Source: Candidatus Hodarchaeota archaeon
GTDB taxonomy: Archaea > Asgardarchaeota > Heimdallarchaeia > Hodarchaeales > Hodarchaeaceae
Reading direction: 5' to 3'
Length of the DNA: 25,222 nt
Assembly: GCA_016840035.1 (NCBI GenBank)
Contig: JAEOTC010000072.1
Span: forward strand, 1 to 25,222
The translations under genes and the position numbers were made by a program. The notes under the pieces are model-generated. The model searched no databases, was not told the origin of the DNA, and saw only the letters and a list, made by a program, of their open reading frames with translations. This document shows, piece after piece, positions 1-10,391 of this stretch (its first letter is position 1; each line of letters starts with the position of its first letter).

Positions 1-288
1 CGTAATTCAAGGAATTTACCTCTTGAATTCTTGTTTCCTCACCTTGAAAATTTAACTCTTGATCCTGCATCTTTAAAAGTATACTTCCAGTTAGCAGTAG
101 AATCCCAAATCATTGTAGCAAATGCACGTTCTTTTCAAGAGGGAATGTATCATTGGAGTTTAATTCTTCCTGATCGACTTCAGGAATATGGATTGACACT
201 TGATGCCTGGGAAAAGATCAGAAGCATTGGAGATAGTGACCCAATTATTCAGGGGGAACTACAGAAGATAATGAAAGCGATCTCTTAA
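1..288 (+). CDS. 3' end of a hypothetical protein (open from the window edge)
   Basis: Frame 1 is open from base 1 (RNSRNLPLEFLFPHLENL...) to TAA at 286-288, so the TTG at 31 is probably not the true start. No recognisable motif. Confidence 0.6.
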   Translation, partial: RNSRNLPLEFLFPHLENLTLDPASLKVYFQLAVESQIIVANARSFQEGMYHWSLILPDRLQEYGLTLDAWEKIRSIGDSDPIIQGELQKIMKAIS

Positions 289-463
289 TAATTGAGGGAT
301 ATTTTCTGTAATCTCTCCACTCTCAAAGGAATATCGAGGTTAAATGATTTATTTTGAATGTATCCCCAAATTTAATATCCAAACCTGGTGATTACGGTAA
401 CCGATCAAGTATAGACTCAGTATCTCTCTCTAATCTAAACTAGTTACCGAGAATGTCCTTATT

Positions 464-1039
464 CTAGATTTTTTTAGCTTTCAGGAAGAACCATTTTGGA
501 TTATTTTCCTGAACTTCAACTTGAAAATTAGCATTCTTAAGCTCATGTTTGATATCTGATAAACTACGAGTCTTAATTCTTGAACCATATGCGGTTCTTA
601 TTTTTTTTTTACGATCAGGGAGAGTAATTGATAATCGTATTATGAATAACCCATTGTTATCAACTATTTTCGCATCCCATATCCAAAATTCTCCGTTATT
701 CTTTAAAACACGATATACTTCTTTGCATACTTTATTGAAAGTCTCAATTGACATATACATTCCACTGAAAAAAGCCGTGGCATTGTCAAAGTAACCAGTA
801 TCATATTCAAGACTAGTTGCGTCAGCTAAAACCCACTTAGAGGTTGGTGCTTTTGATCTAGCTTCATTAATCTCTTCTTGGTGTTTGTCGATCACTGTTA
901 CATTTACTTGTCCTATCTGTGCTATAACTCCTTCCCCACCTCCTCCAATATCTATAATAGATCCGTTGGGAATGGCTTCAATGGTAATTTTTTGTCCTCG
1001 TGTGAATAATAACTTTAGGTATGGCATATATTTCTTCAT
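464..1039 (-). CDS. Class I SAM-dependent methyltransferase
   Basis: Motif I IIDIGGGGEG, acidic end of beta2 (TVIDK), ADATSLEY..GYFD, and EVYRVLKNNGEFWIWD. The start is placed at ATG 1039 because GGTGA lies 10 nt upstream; the ORF track extends to 1147. Confidence 0.85.
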   Translation of the reverse strand: MKKYMPYLKLLFTRGQKITIEAIPNGSIIDIGGGGEGVIAQIGQVNVTVIDKHQEEINEARSKAPTSKWVLADATSLEYDTGYFDNATAFFSGMYMSIETFNKVCKEVYRVLKNNGEFWIWDAKIVDNNGLFIIRLSITLPDRKKKIRTAYGSRIKTRSLSDIKHELKNANFQVEVQENNPKWFFLKAKKI

Positions 1040-1350
1040 TCTAATCAGGTCACCATTAGGATTGTATTTATTTGTCGTATTTTCTCTGTTGATAGCTATT
1101 ATGTAGTCCATTGTTTTTGAAATCGCAGATAGAAGCAATTCCATCACTTTTCATTGTTTTTAAAGATTAGAGGATCTTTTCAGGAATATAATACTCAGAT
1201 TATCTAAAGTTTTATTGATATATAGTTCAGTCTGAAAGTTATGACCAAAGATGAAAAAATTTGATGAAAGATATAACTTATCCAACTTTTTTCTACTTGA
1301 TTGAATTCTCTAAAAAAGAAGGATTGATTTTTTGTAACTCCTTCCTCTTC

Positions 1351-2178
1351 CTACAACTTTCCTGAAACCAAAATTGCTTCTCCGATAATGAAGATTGTAC
1401 TCAGAGTAATCACAATTGCGAGTAATAATTGTATAAAATAGGGTCGTGGGTTTCTCCGAGAAAGCAAAGTTCCTAGAATTGATCCTATGAAACCTAAAGC
1501 AAATGCAATTGTCCCTGTATCTATTTCTAGCTGATTGAATAGGATAAATTGAGTAGTTGTAGATAATGCCGTAAATAGAACCATTAAGCTTCCTGTTCCA
1601 CATGCAATCCGAGGAGATATTCCTAATTCACTCAACATCGGAACTTTAATTAGGCCTCCACCGATTCCTACAATTGATGAAATCATACCTGCAGAAAAAG
1701 AACCCCCAATGGCTATTATCGTATTATTTGAGGATAGTTGAGAATCTGCTATGCTATCAGTATTTCTTTCTTCGACTTTTAATTCGTTTTTGACTTTGTG
1801 CGCACTTTTTAAAGTCTTGATTGATAAAACGATCATTAGAAAAGTAAAGAAGAACAAAATGAGATATTCTGGGATATTGAGAAATATCTGTACCCCGATA
1901 AACGTTCCGATGATTGTAAATGGCTCTAGAATCATAGCTAATCGGTAATTAATTGTATGATATTTAATGTTTACTAAGGTGGAGGCTAATCCTACCCCAA
2001 AAATAGCTGCACTTGCAACTGGAATGGCCTGTGATACTGTTAATCCCCCGATCATCAATAATATTGGAGTAAATAACCCTCCTCCTCCTATTCCGACTGC
2101 TCCCGCTAAAGCTGCAAAAGTTAGGATTAATCCACATATGAGTATTTGGAACAACAGACTTTCTACCACATAAACCAC
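1351..2178 (-). CDS. TauE/SafE-family (sulfite exporter, TSUP) membrane protein
   Basis: Two internal repeats, each starting with G-[IV]-G-G-G (GAVGIGGGGLFTP; SIVGIGGGLIKVP), about 8 TM helices, and ACGTGS. Confidence 0.9.
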   Translation of the reverse strand: MVYVVESLLFQILICGLILTFAALAGAVGIGGGGLFTPILLMIGGLTVSQAIPVASAAIFGVGLASTLVNIKYHTINYRLAMILEPFTIIGTFIGVQIFLNIPEYLILFFFTFLMIVLSIKTLKSAHKVKNELKVEERNTDSIADSQLSSNNTIIAIGGSFSAGMISSIVGIGGGLIKVPMLSELGISPRIACGTGSLMVLFTALSTTTQFILFNQLEIDTGTIAFALGFIGSILGTLLSRRNPRPYFIQLLLAIVITLSTIFIIGEAILVSGKL

Positions 2179-2577
2179 TAGCGTCTAAATTTTGGAGCTG
2201 TCTTCCCCTTGACAGCAGTTTCAAGGATATTAAACTGGACTTCTTCATTTTTACTTTCTGATTATGCGAATTTTAATATTTTTTGAAGGTTCAAAGAATG
2301 GATTCAGGAAAGAAAAGAAGCAGGACACATAGGTAGATTTATATTTAATTTAGAAGTAGATTTGTGCATATTTATTGTTAGGTTCGTTTTTTGATAATCG
2401 ATTACAAATTACAGGAAATATTTCTTTAAGGATAAATAGATGCATAAATTCTTTAACGACGAGATATTCAGAATTCAATGTATTAAAATTTCGTAGGAGG
2501 TTAACAAGCGAATGCTAGTCTTTTACAATATTGAAAACCCTCAATAGGATAGACTTTTTGTAGTCCGAGAACTTGAG

Positions 2578-4311
2578 TCATGGGGAAGAGTTTCTTCTTA
2601 AAAGACCAAACTCAATCATAGCGTTTGTGAAAACTAGCGAAACTGGAATAAGACATAATATTAGTGGAATCAACGGGGATCCTGTTAACTTCCAATAAGA
2701 ATAATTGTATAGAGCCAAACCAAGTAGACTTAAAATTAACCACACTTGAGAGATATATCCGTTTCTTGATTTCTTAAAGTGAGGAACTATCTCTTCTTTA
2801 TTTTTAAGGATGTATAAGGAAAGAAATCCAAAATAACTCACGATTGGTAGAAAGAGCACGAGCCTTATCCAATCACGCAAACTAAAATAATTGAATACAC
2901 TCATGATCGCTAAAAGGCCTGAAATTAAAAATGGTAAGATGAAACTTCTCTTCCCCCCTGTAGAATCATAGAATTTGGTTATCTTCTCCTTATTTGCGAT
3001 TCGAACAATGAGATTTGTGCTAAGGACAAATATCAACCAAAGTGTCACAATAAAAATAAGAAGATCTAGATCTTCTTGGTTTATTTTTGGAATTAGGTTC
3101 AAATCAAAGAGTATAGTATTAATTAACAGGTTATAACATGCCTGGACTTCATTGAAATCTTTCAGAGAGGGATTGCTTACAAATGAATTTAGGTTCATGA
3201 ATAAAATAACCCCAGTACTAGTTCCATCAGGATGCTTTTTGCCAGCTATTACTGAAAGAAAACCTGGTGTTGAACCTCCATGACCTCCAAATTCATCATG
3301 GAAATGACTCCATCCTAATCCGTAGGAATGCTGATAAAATCTGTATGTATTTACATCTTGAAGGAAGTTATTTCTATAAAATGAATATTGTACGAGTTTA
3401 GAGTGCATCATGCCAACACTAGAGGCTTTAAGAATCCGATTATCCCCAAATTTTCCATTATTTAGATGAGCAATCATAAAATGAGCCATATCAGTCACAG
3501 AACATCGAATCAACCAATTTGAATATAGCTCCATTTCCTGATTCGTCCCAGAAACCCTAGTATAGGGTGTGGCATGATTGTCGATAAAATCGGAGGTATT
3601 TATACCAGAATTGGTCATATTTAATGGCCCAAAAATTTCCTCCTTCAGATAGACCTCAAAGGATTGTCCAGATGTATATTCAACCAAGTATTGAAGTAGT
3701 TTAAACCCCGTGTTTGAATAAGAGTATTGTTCATTTGGTGGATATCGCCAAATTCCTGGATCATAATTAGAGCCTCCTGGGGTAAATGATTCATTAAGGT
3801 ACTCCGCTAGTTCCATCTCAAGAATGCTAGGTTTGCTCCCAGTAGGATAGTATGGGTGCTTCCCTTCCGTATCCCAATAAAATTCGTATCTTAATTCGGA
3901 ATCAAGACCCGACATATGTTTCAAGAGCATTCGAATAGTTATTTCTCTATCAGGATAATTAGGATTTATTATGTCAAAAGGTAAGTACATAGAGACGTCA
4001 GTATCTAAGGAAATTAATCCTTGTTCATATAACTGAAGAATGGCCGTTGCTACAATTGGTTTTTGATTAGAAGCAATAAGAAAGACTGTGTTTGGTTCTG
4101 TTTGGTTTCCTAATCCTTTAGTCCATACTACATCCTTATTACGCGTTATGGCTATATGTAATGTTGGAACATCATATGATTTTCTAACGGCCTCCAGTTT
4201 TCCTTCCAAGTGAGTAAAATCAGACGTTGCATCAGTAATATTCACATGTAAAAGTAAAGGAGTCCCACAAAGAACGATAAAGAAGATTATCCTTTTCGTG
4301 AAGGAGCTCAT
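2578..4311 (-). CDS. Serine hydrolase (beta-lactamase class C/AmpC-like family) with signal peptide and C-terminal multi-TM domain
   Basis: SxxK (IASNQK), LLKHMSGL, YxN (YSYSNTG), YGLGW and HGG triad (GHGGSTPGF). About 5 hydrophobic helices in the last ~160 aa. Confidence 0.9.
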   Translation of the reverse strand: MSSFTKRIIFFIVLCGTPLLLHVNITDATSDFTHLEGKLEAVRKSYDVPTLHIAITRNKDVVWTKGLGNQTEPNTVFLIASNQKPIVATAILQLYEQGLISLDTDVSMYLPFDIINPNYPDREITIRMLLKHMSGLDSELRYEFYWDTEGKHPYYPTGSKPSILEMELAEYLNESFTPGGSNYDPGIWRYPPNEQYSYSNTGFKLLQYLVEYTSGQSFEVYLKEEIFGPLNMTNSGINTSDFIDNHATPYTRVSGTNQEMELYSNWLIRCSVTDMAHFMIAHLNNGKFGDNRILKASSVGMMHSKLVQYSFYRNNFLQDVNTYRFYQHSYGLGWSHFHDEFGGHGGSTPGFLSVIAGKKHPDGTSTGVILFMNLNSFVSNPSLKDFNEVQACYNLLINTILFDLNLIPKINQEDLDLLIFIVTLWLIFVLSTNLIVRIANKEKITKFYDSTGGKRSFILPFLISGLLAIMSVFNYFSLRDWIRLVLFLPIVSYFGFLSLYILKNKEEIVPHFKKSRNGYISQVWLILSLLGLALYNYSYWKLTGSPLIPLILCLIPVSLVFTNAMIEFGLLRRNSSP

Positions 4312-4417
4312 AATTTCAAGTTATTCATTGTGCCTAATAAACATCTAGAAAGTGGAACCACCAAGCAAATTGTAATACCAATGTCCAGAATTCTTTTTGA
4401 AGAGTTGCCTGGCAAAT

Positions 4418-6124
4418 TCAGTCATACTTCTTAATTAGGACAAATACTAGAAAACCTAGAAGTGCAAAATACGGAATCGAAACAGTAGATTTGGTTGTTA
4501 CCTGTGAAGGATTGAATGTATATTCTGAGAGTATTGTACCGACCTTAGAACCACTTACACATAATTTAAGACCCAAATTATAATTTGGTTGGTCGATAGT
4601 AAATCCAATTACGATTTCTTGATTCGATTTAGCATTTAGTTCATTGAGACTCAAGGTACGAATGGAATCTAAGGGTGTTATCCCTACTGATTGAGATGCT
4701 GTCCAGTTGAGAACAAGGCTACAATTAGTTCTGATGTATGATGAAGGATTTGAAATATCTATATGGATCAGAAGTTTTTCTCCTTCTCGGATAGCATTAG
4801 TTTGGATGGACAAATAAGGTGCTTCTTCTACCATGAATAGGAGTCCTGGAAAGGTTTGCACACAATTCTCAATTACTTTGTCTCCTGGTGGATTACAGTA
4901 ATCCCAAACCCCGCGGTGATGGTAATTGCCAGTTGTTGCATTAAAGATTGCGTTGTACATTGATGGATTACCATAGGTTTCAAACGTGAAAGCCAGAAGT
5001 GTACCATTCGAATACATCCAGTCATCCCACACACCTGAAAGAGGATATACACCTTCCTCTATTTCAAGTGAAAAACCAGTGAGTTCTTGTAGTTTTGTCC
5101 CTGTATTGATGTACAAGTCTTTATCTTCCCCTCTTAGTAGTCCTCCTTCAAGTGTTGAAGGCCCTAATATCATAGTATAATCCATTCCAGAATGTAGAGA
5201 GACAGCAGTTATAAAATTCCTTTGTAGGACGAAATCACGAAATCGTGCAGTACAATTTTCAGAAAATGCATAGGGTCCATGATAATTCCAAGCAGAAAGA
5301 TTATCAGAAGCACCGGGTTGTTTCCCAAACTGATACGCATAGTTACGATTGGGATCGACCCCCCCTGGTTTATCATTTCCAATTCGTCCGTCTCCATCTA
5401 GATCTATCCCTTCATGGCCAACAAAGATATGTGACCCATCACTTATTCTATCAATATATCCGTCCTTATTAACGTCTTGTAGTTCAAATTCATCCTCAAT
5501 TCCATCTCCGTCTTCATCAATCGGTCGTGCTATTTTTCTCTGCCATGGATTCTGACTCATCAGTTCTGCGCCATCAATATTAAGACTAGGGATCATATAA
5601 ATAGCTTTAGTGTTCAGAAGGTGTTGAATAGTGGTAGAAGACGAGAAGAATTCAGATACGACTTTATCAATAAAATAAAGGGCATTTTCAACATTGATTT
5701 GTTCCTGAGCGTGATGCTGGCCAACAATCAGAACTTCAGTTTTTGGAAGTCGAATTGATTCATTAGTTATCAGAACACAATATATTTCTCGTCCAAAATA
5801 GGTCTTTCCTATTGTAAAGACCTCAATGATCTCTGGAAATGTCGTATTAAGACTCTTTAGCTTGTTGACAAGCTCAGAATAGTTATGGTAAGGCCCAAAT
5901 GAAGAACCAAAGACTACGCTATCATCTCCTTGTTGATCTCCTGGGGCGTGTTCAAATTCTTCCCAGAGAAAGGTATAATCCTCTCTAATTTGAACTTTGG
6001 GTGATAAATCTGGGAAATCTGTTTGGTTGACTGTAAACTTAGATTTAACATCGTAGATGATAACAATCGCGCTTGAAAGAATGAGAACTGTAAGTAGGCT
6101 CATAGATAGATAGGTTTTTTTCAT
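4418..6124 (-). CDS. M14-family zinc carboxypeptidase, exported, with C-terminal membrane anchor
   Basis: YHNYSE, IGKTYFGREI, HxxE (HHAQE), NIDG, GVDPNRNY, FSE, third Zn ligand in SLHS, catalytic Glu in TFETYG. Start probably at MKKTY (6124), which is followed by a signal peptide; the ORF track extends to 6169. Confidence 0.9.
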   Translation of the reverse strand: MKKTYLSMSLLTVLILSSAIVIIYDVKSKFTVNQTDFPDLSPKVQIREDYTFLWEEFEHAPGDQQGDDSVVFGSSFGPYHNYSELVNKLKSLNTTFPEIIEVFTIGKTYFGREIYCVLITNESIRLPKTEVLIVGQHHAQEQINVENALYFIDKVVSEFFSSSTTIQHLLNTKAIYMIPSLNIDGAELMSQNPWQRKIARPIDEDGDGIEDEFELQDVNKDGYIDRISDGSHIFVGHEGIDLDGDGRIGNDKPGGVDPNRNYAYQFGKQPGASDNLSAWNYHGPYAFSENCTARFRDFVLQRNFITAVSLHSGMDYTMILGPSTLEGGLLRGEDKDLYINTGTKLQELTGFSLEIEEGVYPLSGVWDDWMYSNGTLLAFTFETYGNPSMYNAIFNATTGNYHHRGVWDYCNPPGDKVIENCVQTFPGLLFMVEEAPYLSIQTNAIREGEKLLIHIDISNPSSYIRTNCSLVLNWTASQSVGITPLDSIRTLSLNELNAKSNQEIVIGFTIDQPNYNLGLKLCVSGSKVGTILSEYTFNPSQVTTKSTVSIPYFALLGFLVFVLIKKYD

Positions 6125-6399
6125 CTCTATCGAGTAGGAATTATTGATCAATGTGCTATATAAAAACAATAGCTGATAGTCCTATCTATATAGAAAAATC
6201 TGGCAGTTTATTTCAGAAATCTAAATAATGGGGAAATAAGCTGAGTCTTAATTCGGGAGAGGTTTTTTAAGACTTCAAAATATCGGCCCCAACCTAAATG
6301 AAATCGTATTAAGCTTACAAGATAAGTCATATGTGACTTTGGAGGCATAAAAAAACGACAGAATCATCTTCACAAGTATTCTCAAACAATTTTTCCAAA

Positions 6400-8265
6400 T
6401 TGGATCGTATCAATAAATTATTCCAGACTCAGAGCGAGAAAATTCCTTCAGTTGTCAAATTAAACATTCTTGCCATTGGAGTAGGAATAGTTGGGGGAAT
6501 AGGCTCCTGGGTTTTTCGTTTTACAATTGATCTTATTTATCAATGGTTTTTCATCTTTCCAACGGATTTTTTAAAGACTATCGGTTTATCACTGATTAGC
6601 TGGATTCCTTTTTTACTTTCACCAATTGTGGGCGGAGTTATTGTAGGTTATCTTACATCTCGCGTGTCAAAAGAGACAAAAGGACATGGAGTACCCGAAG
6701 TTCTGGAATCAGTTGCGTTAAACAATGGTAGAATGAATTTACGCGTTCCTTTTATTAAAATAATCGCATCAGCAACTACTATTGGTACTGGTGGTTCAGC
6801 TGGACGGGAAGGACCAATTGCACAGATAGGGGCTGGTTTTGCTTCTTTTTTGGGACAAAAACTCAAACTCAGTCCAAAAGAATTACGAACTTTGGTTATT
6901 TCAGGGGTTGCTGCAGGAATTGCTGCTACGTTTAATGCACCTATCGGTGGTTCATTATTTGCTCTTGAAGTTTTGATGGGAGCAGGTGGAACAACAAGTT
7001 TATTCATTCCGATAATTGTTGCTGGAGTAGCTGGAGTAATTACAGGCCAGTTTTTATTAGGTGCAGATCCCGCATTCATTGGTTTTCCTCCCTTTGAGTA
7101 CCAAGACCCCTTTTTAATCCCACTTTTTATCATTCTTGGATTGATCTGTGGAATTGGATCTGCTGTATGGATTAAATTCTTTTATAAAGCAGAGGATATA
7201 ATAGACAGCACAGCTGAAAAGTTTAAGATTCCTGAAATACTACAACCAGCAATAGGAGGATTGTTTGTGGGTTTGATCCTAGCACTTACTTATTTCATTT
7301 CAGGGGATCAATGGGAAACATTCACCATTATGGGGAGAACCTATCTTCCTATGGATACTGTGTTTCAAGATACACTTGTTCAGGATTCAATAATCCCTAT
7401 TCTAAGTGTTCTAATATTATTATTTATACTGAAAGCTTTTGCGACTATCTTTACGGTGGGATCTGGAGGGTCAGGTGGAGTATTTGCACCTACTCTCTTT
7501 CTAGGTGTCATGTTAGGCGCAATATTCGCAATAGTTATTGATTATGTAATTATTTTAGCCGATGTTCCTATTGCTCTCTTAGCATTATTGGGAATGGCCG
7601 CTTTTTTTGCAGGAACTGGTCGTGCTCCGTTGACAGCGATAATTATGACTGCAGAAATGACTGAAGATTATTTTTTGACAATTCCACTGATGGTTGTAGT
7701 CTCTATCAGTTGGATTGTATCTATTCTTCTTGAAAAAGAAAATATCTACACCTTGAAGCTAATTCGACGAGGTGTGGTGCTACAAGAATCTCGGAAGGAT
7801 ATTCTCGAAGGAATTACGGTTGAAGAAGCTATGACTCCAAGGGATCAACTTATTACAGTTGATACCAAAACGAGATTAGAGACTATTATGGATCTAGTGA
7901 GGACAAAGGGGCATGAAGGATTTCCAGTTATTGAACAAGACAAGCTTATTGGTGTAATTACGTTAAGTGACGTTCAAAAGGCGCTTTATAACTCTCCTAG
8001 AGATTGGAATGTTTTTGATGTATTAATACAAAAAACGAAACCTCTTATTTGTGTTGATAAAAAATCCACTTTAATGCATGCAATACATATTATGGAACAG
8101 AAAGAAGTTTCACGCTTGCCTGTAGTAGAAAAAACACTCTCTGCGCCTAATGAATTTCCGAAACTTGTTGGATGGTTAACAAATCATGATATCACTCACA
8201 TGTATGTTACATCTAAAGCAGATGTAGCTTTACAGAAGTTGGAAGACCATTTTCTTTCGTATTAG
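6400..8265 (+). CDS. CLC-family chloride channel/transporter with C-terminal CBS pair
   Basis: GHGVPE, GREGP, FNAPIGG, GGSGGVFAP, RAPLTAI and NIYT motifs. CBS motifs VEEAMT, GFPVI...GVITLSD and RLPVV. Confidence 0.95.
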   Translation: MDRINKLFQTQSEKIPSVVKLNILAIGVGIVGGIGSWVFRFTIDLIYQWFFIFPTDFLKTIGLSLISWIPFLLSPIVGGVIVGYLTSRVSKETKGHGVPEVLESVALNNGRMNLRVPFIKIIASATTIGTGGSAGREGPIAQIGAGFASFLGQKLKLSPKELRTLVISGVAAGIAATFNAPIGGSLFALEVLMGAGGTTSLFIPIIVAGVAGVITGQFLLGADPAFIGFPPFEYQDPFLIPLFIILGLICGIGSAVWIKFFYKAEDIIDSTAEKFKIPEILQPAIGGLFVGLILALTYFISGDQWETFTIMGRTYLPMDTVFQDTLVQDSIIPILSVLILLFILKAFATIFTVGSGGSGGVFAPTLFLGVMLGAIFAIVIDYVIILADVPIALLALLGMAAFFAGTGRAPLTAIIMTAEMTEDYFLTIPLMVVVSISWIVSILLEKENIYTLKLIRRGVVLQESRKDILEGITVEEAMTPRDQLITVDTKTRLETIMDLVRTKGHEGFPVIEQDKLIGVITLSDVQKALYNSPRDWNVFDVLIQKTKPLICVDKKSTLMHAIHIMEQKEVSRLPVVEKTLSAPNEFPKLVGWLTNHDITHMYVTSKADVALQKLEDHFLSY

Positions 8266-8322
8266 CTTTCAATTTGTCTTTCTGATAAACTTAAGCCCTG
8301 AAACAGGTTCTAAATAAATCTA

Positions 8323-8784
8323 TTAACCTATTAGGAGAGAAATAGAGAGGGCTGTTAACATTACAATAATAATTACCAGGATCATCAAAAAGAGAGTCGC
8401 AGAGTAATTTTTGGGTTCAATCTCATTATTATTATCCATTTTTCTAATTAGCGGATATAATCTCCAAAAGAATGTCGAAATGGAGAGAATCAATGCGATT
8501 AGCGTTAGATTAAGAGTGACTTGATTTGCGGTAAGTAGGATAACAACTAATAAAAAAATAAAAATTAATTTGGTTCCTGCTACCCAATTGACTAAATATT
8601 TAACAAAATAATGCATTTCTGGGTCATTCTTTGATTTTTCCCAAGCTTTGAAAACCCCAATGCTGTTCCCCCTTTTCGTTTCAGGGTTAAAATACAAGGA
8701 AATTACATTTGAAAGCTCTAGTAGAATGAAGGTACCAATCACAATTTGAGGCAGATTCATATTTGATGAATTTACTATGTCCAT
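8323..8784 (-). CDS. Small integral membrane protein of unknown function (about 4 TM)
   Basis: Four hydrophobic segments separated by polar loops. The true start may be ATG 8760 (MNLPQ). Confidence 0.7.
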   Translation of the reverse strand: MDIVNSSNMNLPQIVIGTFILLELSNVISLYFNPETKRGNSIGVFKAWEKSKNDPEMHYFVKYLVNWVAGTKLIFIFLLVVILLTANQVTLNLTLIALILSISTFFWRLYPLIRKMDNNNEIEPKNYSATLFLMILVIIIVMLTALSISLLIG

Positions 8785-8888
8785 TAATTTGTTTTGGTTC
8801 AGCTTTCCCTATCCAAACCACACTCTCAAGACTCTCTGATAATCTTCTCTCGAGATTGAAATTTATTCAAACGGTCACTAGAAAAAGA

Positions 8889-9590
8889 ATGGTTATGAAA
8901 ATGAAGTCTTCTGCATTTTCAACGATAGTAAAAATTATGAGTTTCACACTCATCCTAGTAATCTGGAAGACTCTCATTGATCAACAATTTGACCCTGTCA
9001 TCGATCTAATCATTATTTTGGGAGGAGTAATTACTGTTGTGCCAATTTCTATGTTTGGTAGATTGATTCTTAATAAAAATCCGATTGTTGAGAGAGTATT
9101 TTGGGTGAATTTGTTCGTCCATTTTTCCATTATGATCTGTCTTGGAGCAAGTATTATCCGAGCTATTTTAACGAATGTGCACTGGAGGGGAATCAGTATC
9201 CCTTTCCCAAGAGTAATAAGCCTCCTATTCCTTATAATCTGCGGAGGTTTTGTTACAATTACAATCTTTTATCTTGCACTTAGAGGATTAGGAGCACCAT
9301 TTGCTTTAATCATTAGTAGTAAATATCTGGTAAGTGACTGGTTGTATACTCGGTTACGCAATCCAATGGTATTAGCGATTATTCTATTTCTCGAATCATT
9401 AGGATTATTCTTTCAATCCGCTTGGTTTATTATCTGGGTTTCATTTTTAGTTTTCCCCGTATGGACCTTTTTCCTTGTGTGTTATGAGGAGAAAGAATTG
9501 GAAATTCGTTTTGGAGAGAGTTATTTGGTATATAAGGCTCGAACTCCTATATTTTTACCATTTAAGGGCAATTTCGAAAGATTAAGATGA
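8889..9590 (+). CDS. Isoprenylcysteine carboxyl methyltransferase / PEMT-family membrane methyltransferase
   Basis: LVSDWLYTRLRNPM and EEKELEIRFGESYLVYKARTP match the ICMT/PEMT C-terminal signature. The start is moved to 8889 to avoid overlap with the divergent gene (ORF track start 8763). Confidence 0.85.
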   Translation: MVMKMKSSAFSTIVKIMSFTLILVIWKTLIDQQFDPVIDLIIILGGVITVVPISMFGRLILNKNPIVERVFWVNLFVHFSIMICLGASIIRAILTNVHWRGISIPFPRVISLLFLIICGGFVTITIFYLALRGLGAPFALIISSKYLVSDWLYTRLRNPMVLAIILFLESLGLFFQSAWFIIWVSFLVFPVWTFFLVCYEEKELEIRFGESYLVYKARTPIFLPFKGNFERLR

Positions 9591-9641
9591 AAACAAAGAT
9601 TTCTCTTCTCTTAATCTAAAATAGCTTCTGCGGAGATTAAT

Positions 9642-10346
9642 ATGGCATCTATTGACTTAGATCCATGGATAGTTGGAAAAATTCACCCAAAATTAGTTGA
9701 ATGCTTCAAAAATCTACGGAGGGAACAATTAACACTCCAAAAAGAAGGAATTATCACAGACCATCCTTCTCTATCAAAAATTTCTCTTGTAGCTGGTTGT
9801 GATGTTTCGTATTTCGCAGATGGAGATGCCTGTGCTGGTATAACTGTTTTAAGAGTTCCTAGCTTAACTCTCATAGAATTTGTTTTTACTATCTTTACGC
9901 CAATAATTGATTATGTTCCTACCTTCCTAGCATATCGGGAGGCACCAGGTCTAGTGGAGGCGTATAAAAAACTCCAAAACGAGCCAGATCTTATCCTGGT
10001 TGATGGAAATGGAATTCTTCATCCATATAAAATTGGAATCGCCTCACATTTAGGATTAACCTTGAATACACCAACTATCGGGGTTGCTAAGCAGCTTTTA
10101 CTAGGAAAAGTAGATGAACAACTCTTATTTGACGGTAAGATCAGTCCTATTATGTATAAAAATCAAGAACTCGGAATAGCTATGAGTACTAATCCGAAGT
10201 ATAAACCGATTTATGTTTCACCAGGCCATCTTATCTCTCTTCAAACAGCAAGCTCCTTAGTCTCACGTTATACCAAACAGCGTATACCAGAACCTATTAG
10301 ATTGGCAGATAAACTTACTCGAGACAAAGTTAGGAGTATAGGGTAA
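9642..10346 (+). CDS. nfi: Endonuclease V (deoxyinosine 3' endonuclease)
   Basis: AGCDVSY, YVPTFLAYRE (wedge motif plus catalytic Glu), LVDGNGILHP, TIGVAK, YVSPGH, RIPEPIRLAD. GGAGA lies upstream of the ATG. Confidence 0.96.
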   Translation: MASIDLDPWIVGKIHPKLVECFKNLRREQLTLQKEGIITDHPSLSKISLVAGCDVSYFADGDACAGITVLRVPSLTLIEFVFTIFTPIIDYVPTFLAYREAPGLVEAYKKLQNEPDLILVDGNGILHPYKIGIASHLGLTLNTPTIGVAKQLLLGKVDEQLLFDGKISPIMYKNQELGIAMSTNPKYKPIYVSPGHLISLQTASSLVSRYTKQRIPEPIRLADKLTRDKVRSIG

Positions 10347-10391
10347 GATACTCAAGAGTTACTATCTGGTCGTCATTCCAATTTTCTCCTC

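Noticed and set aside
601-610. T10 homopolymer as a phase-variation or frameshift site
   Set aside because: It encodes KKK-I in an intact reading frame, and such runs are expected in AT-rich DNA.
2179-2577. About 400-nt intergenic gap as a possible ncRNA or small gene
   Set aside because: It is AT-rich, and I found no convincing stem, repeat or ORF by eye.
8763-8784. Head-to-head overlap of two membrane protein genes
   Set aside because: It disappears when the more plausible starts (8760 on minus, 8889 on plus) are used.
8889-9590. ICMT-family gene as evidence for eukaryote-like CAAX prenylation
   Set aside because: The family is widespread in prokaryotes, and no prenyltransferase or CAAX-ending protein is seen here.
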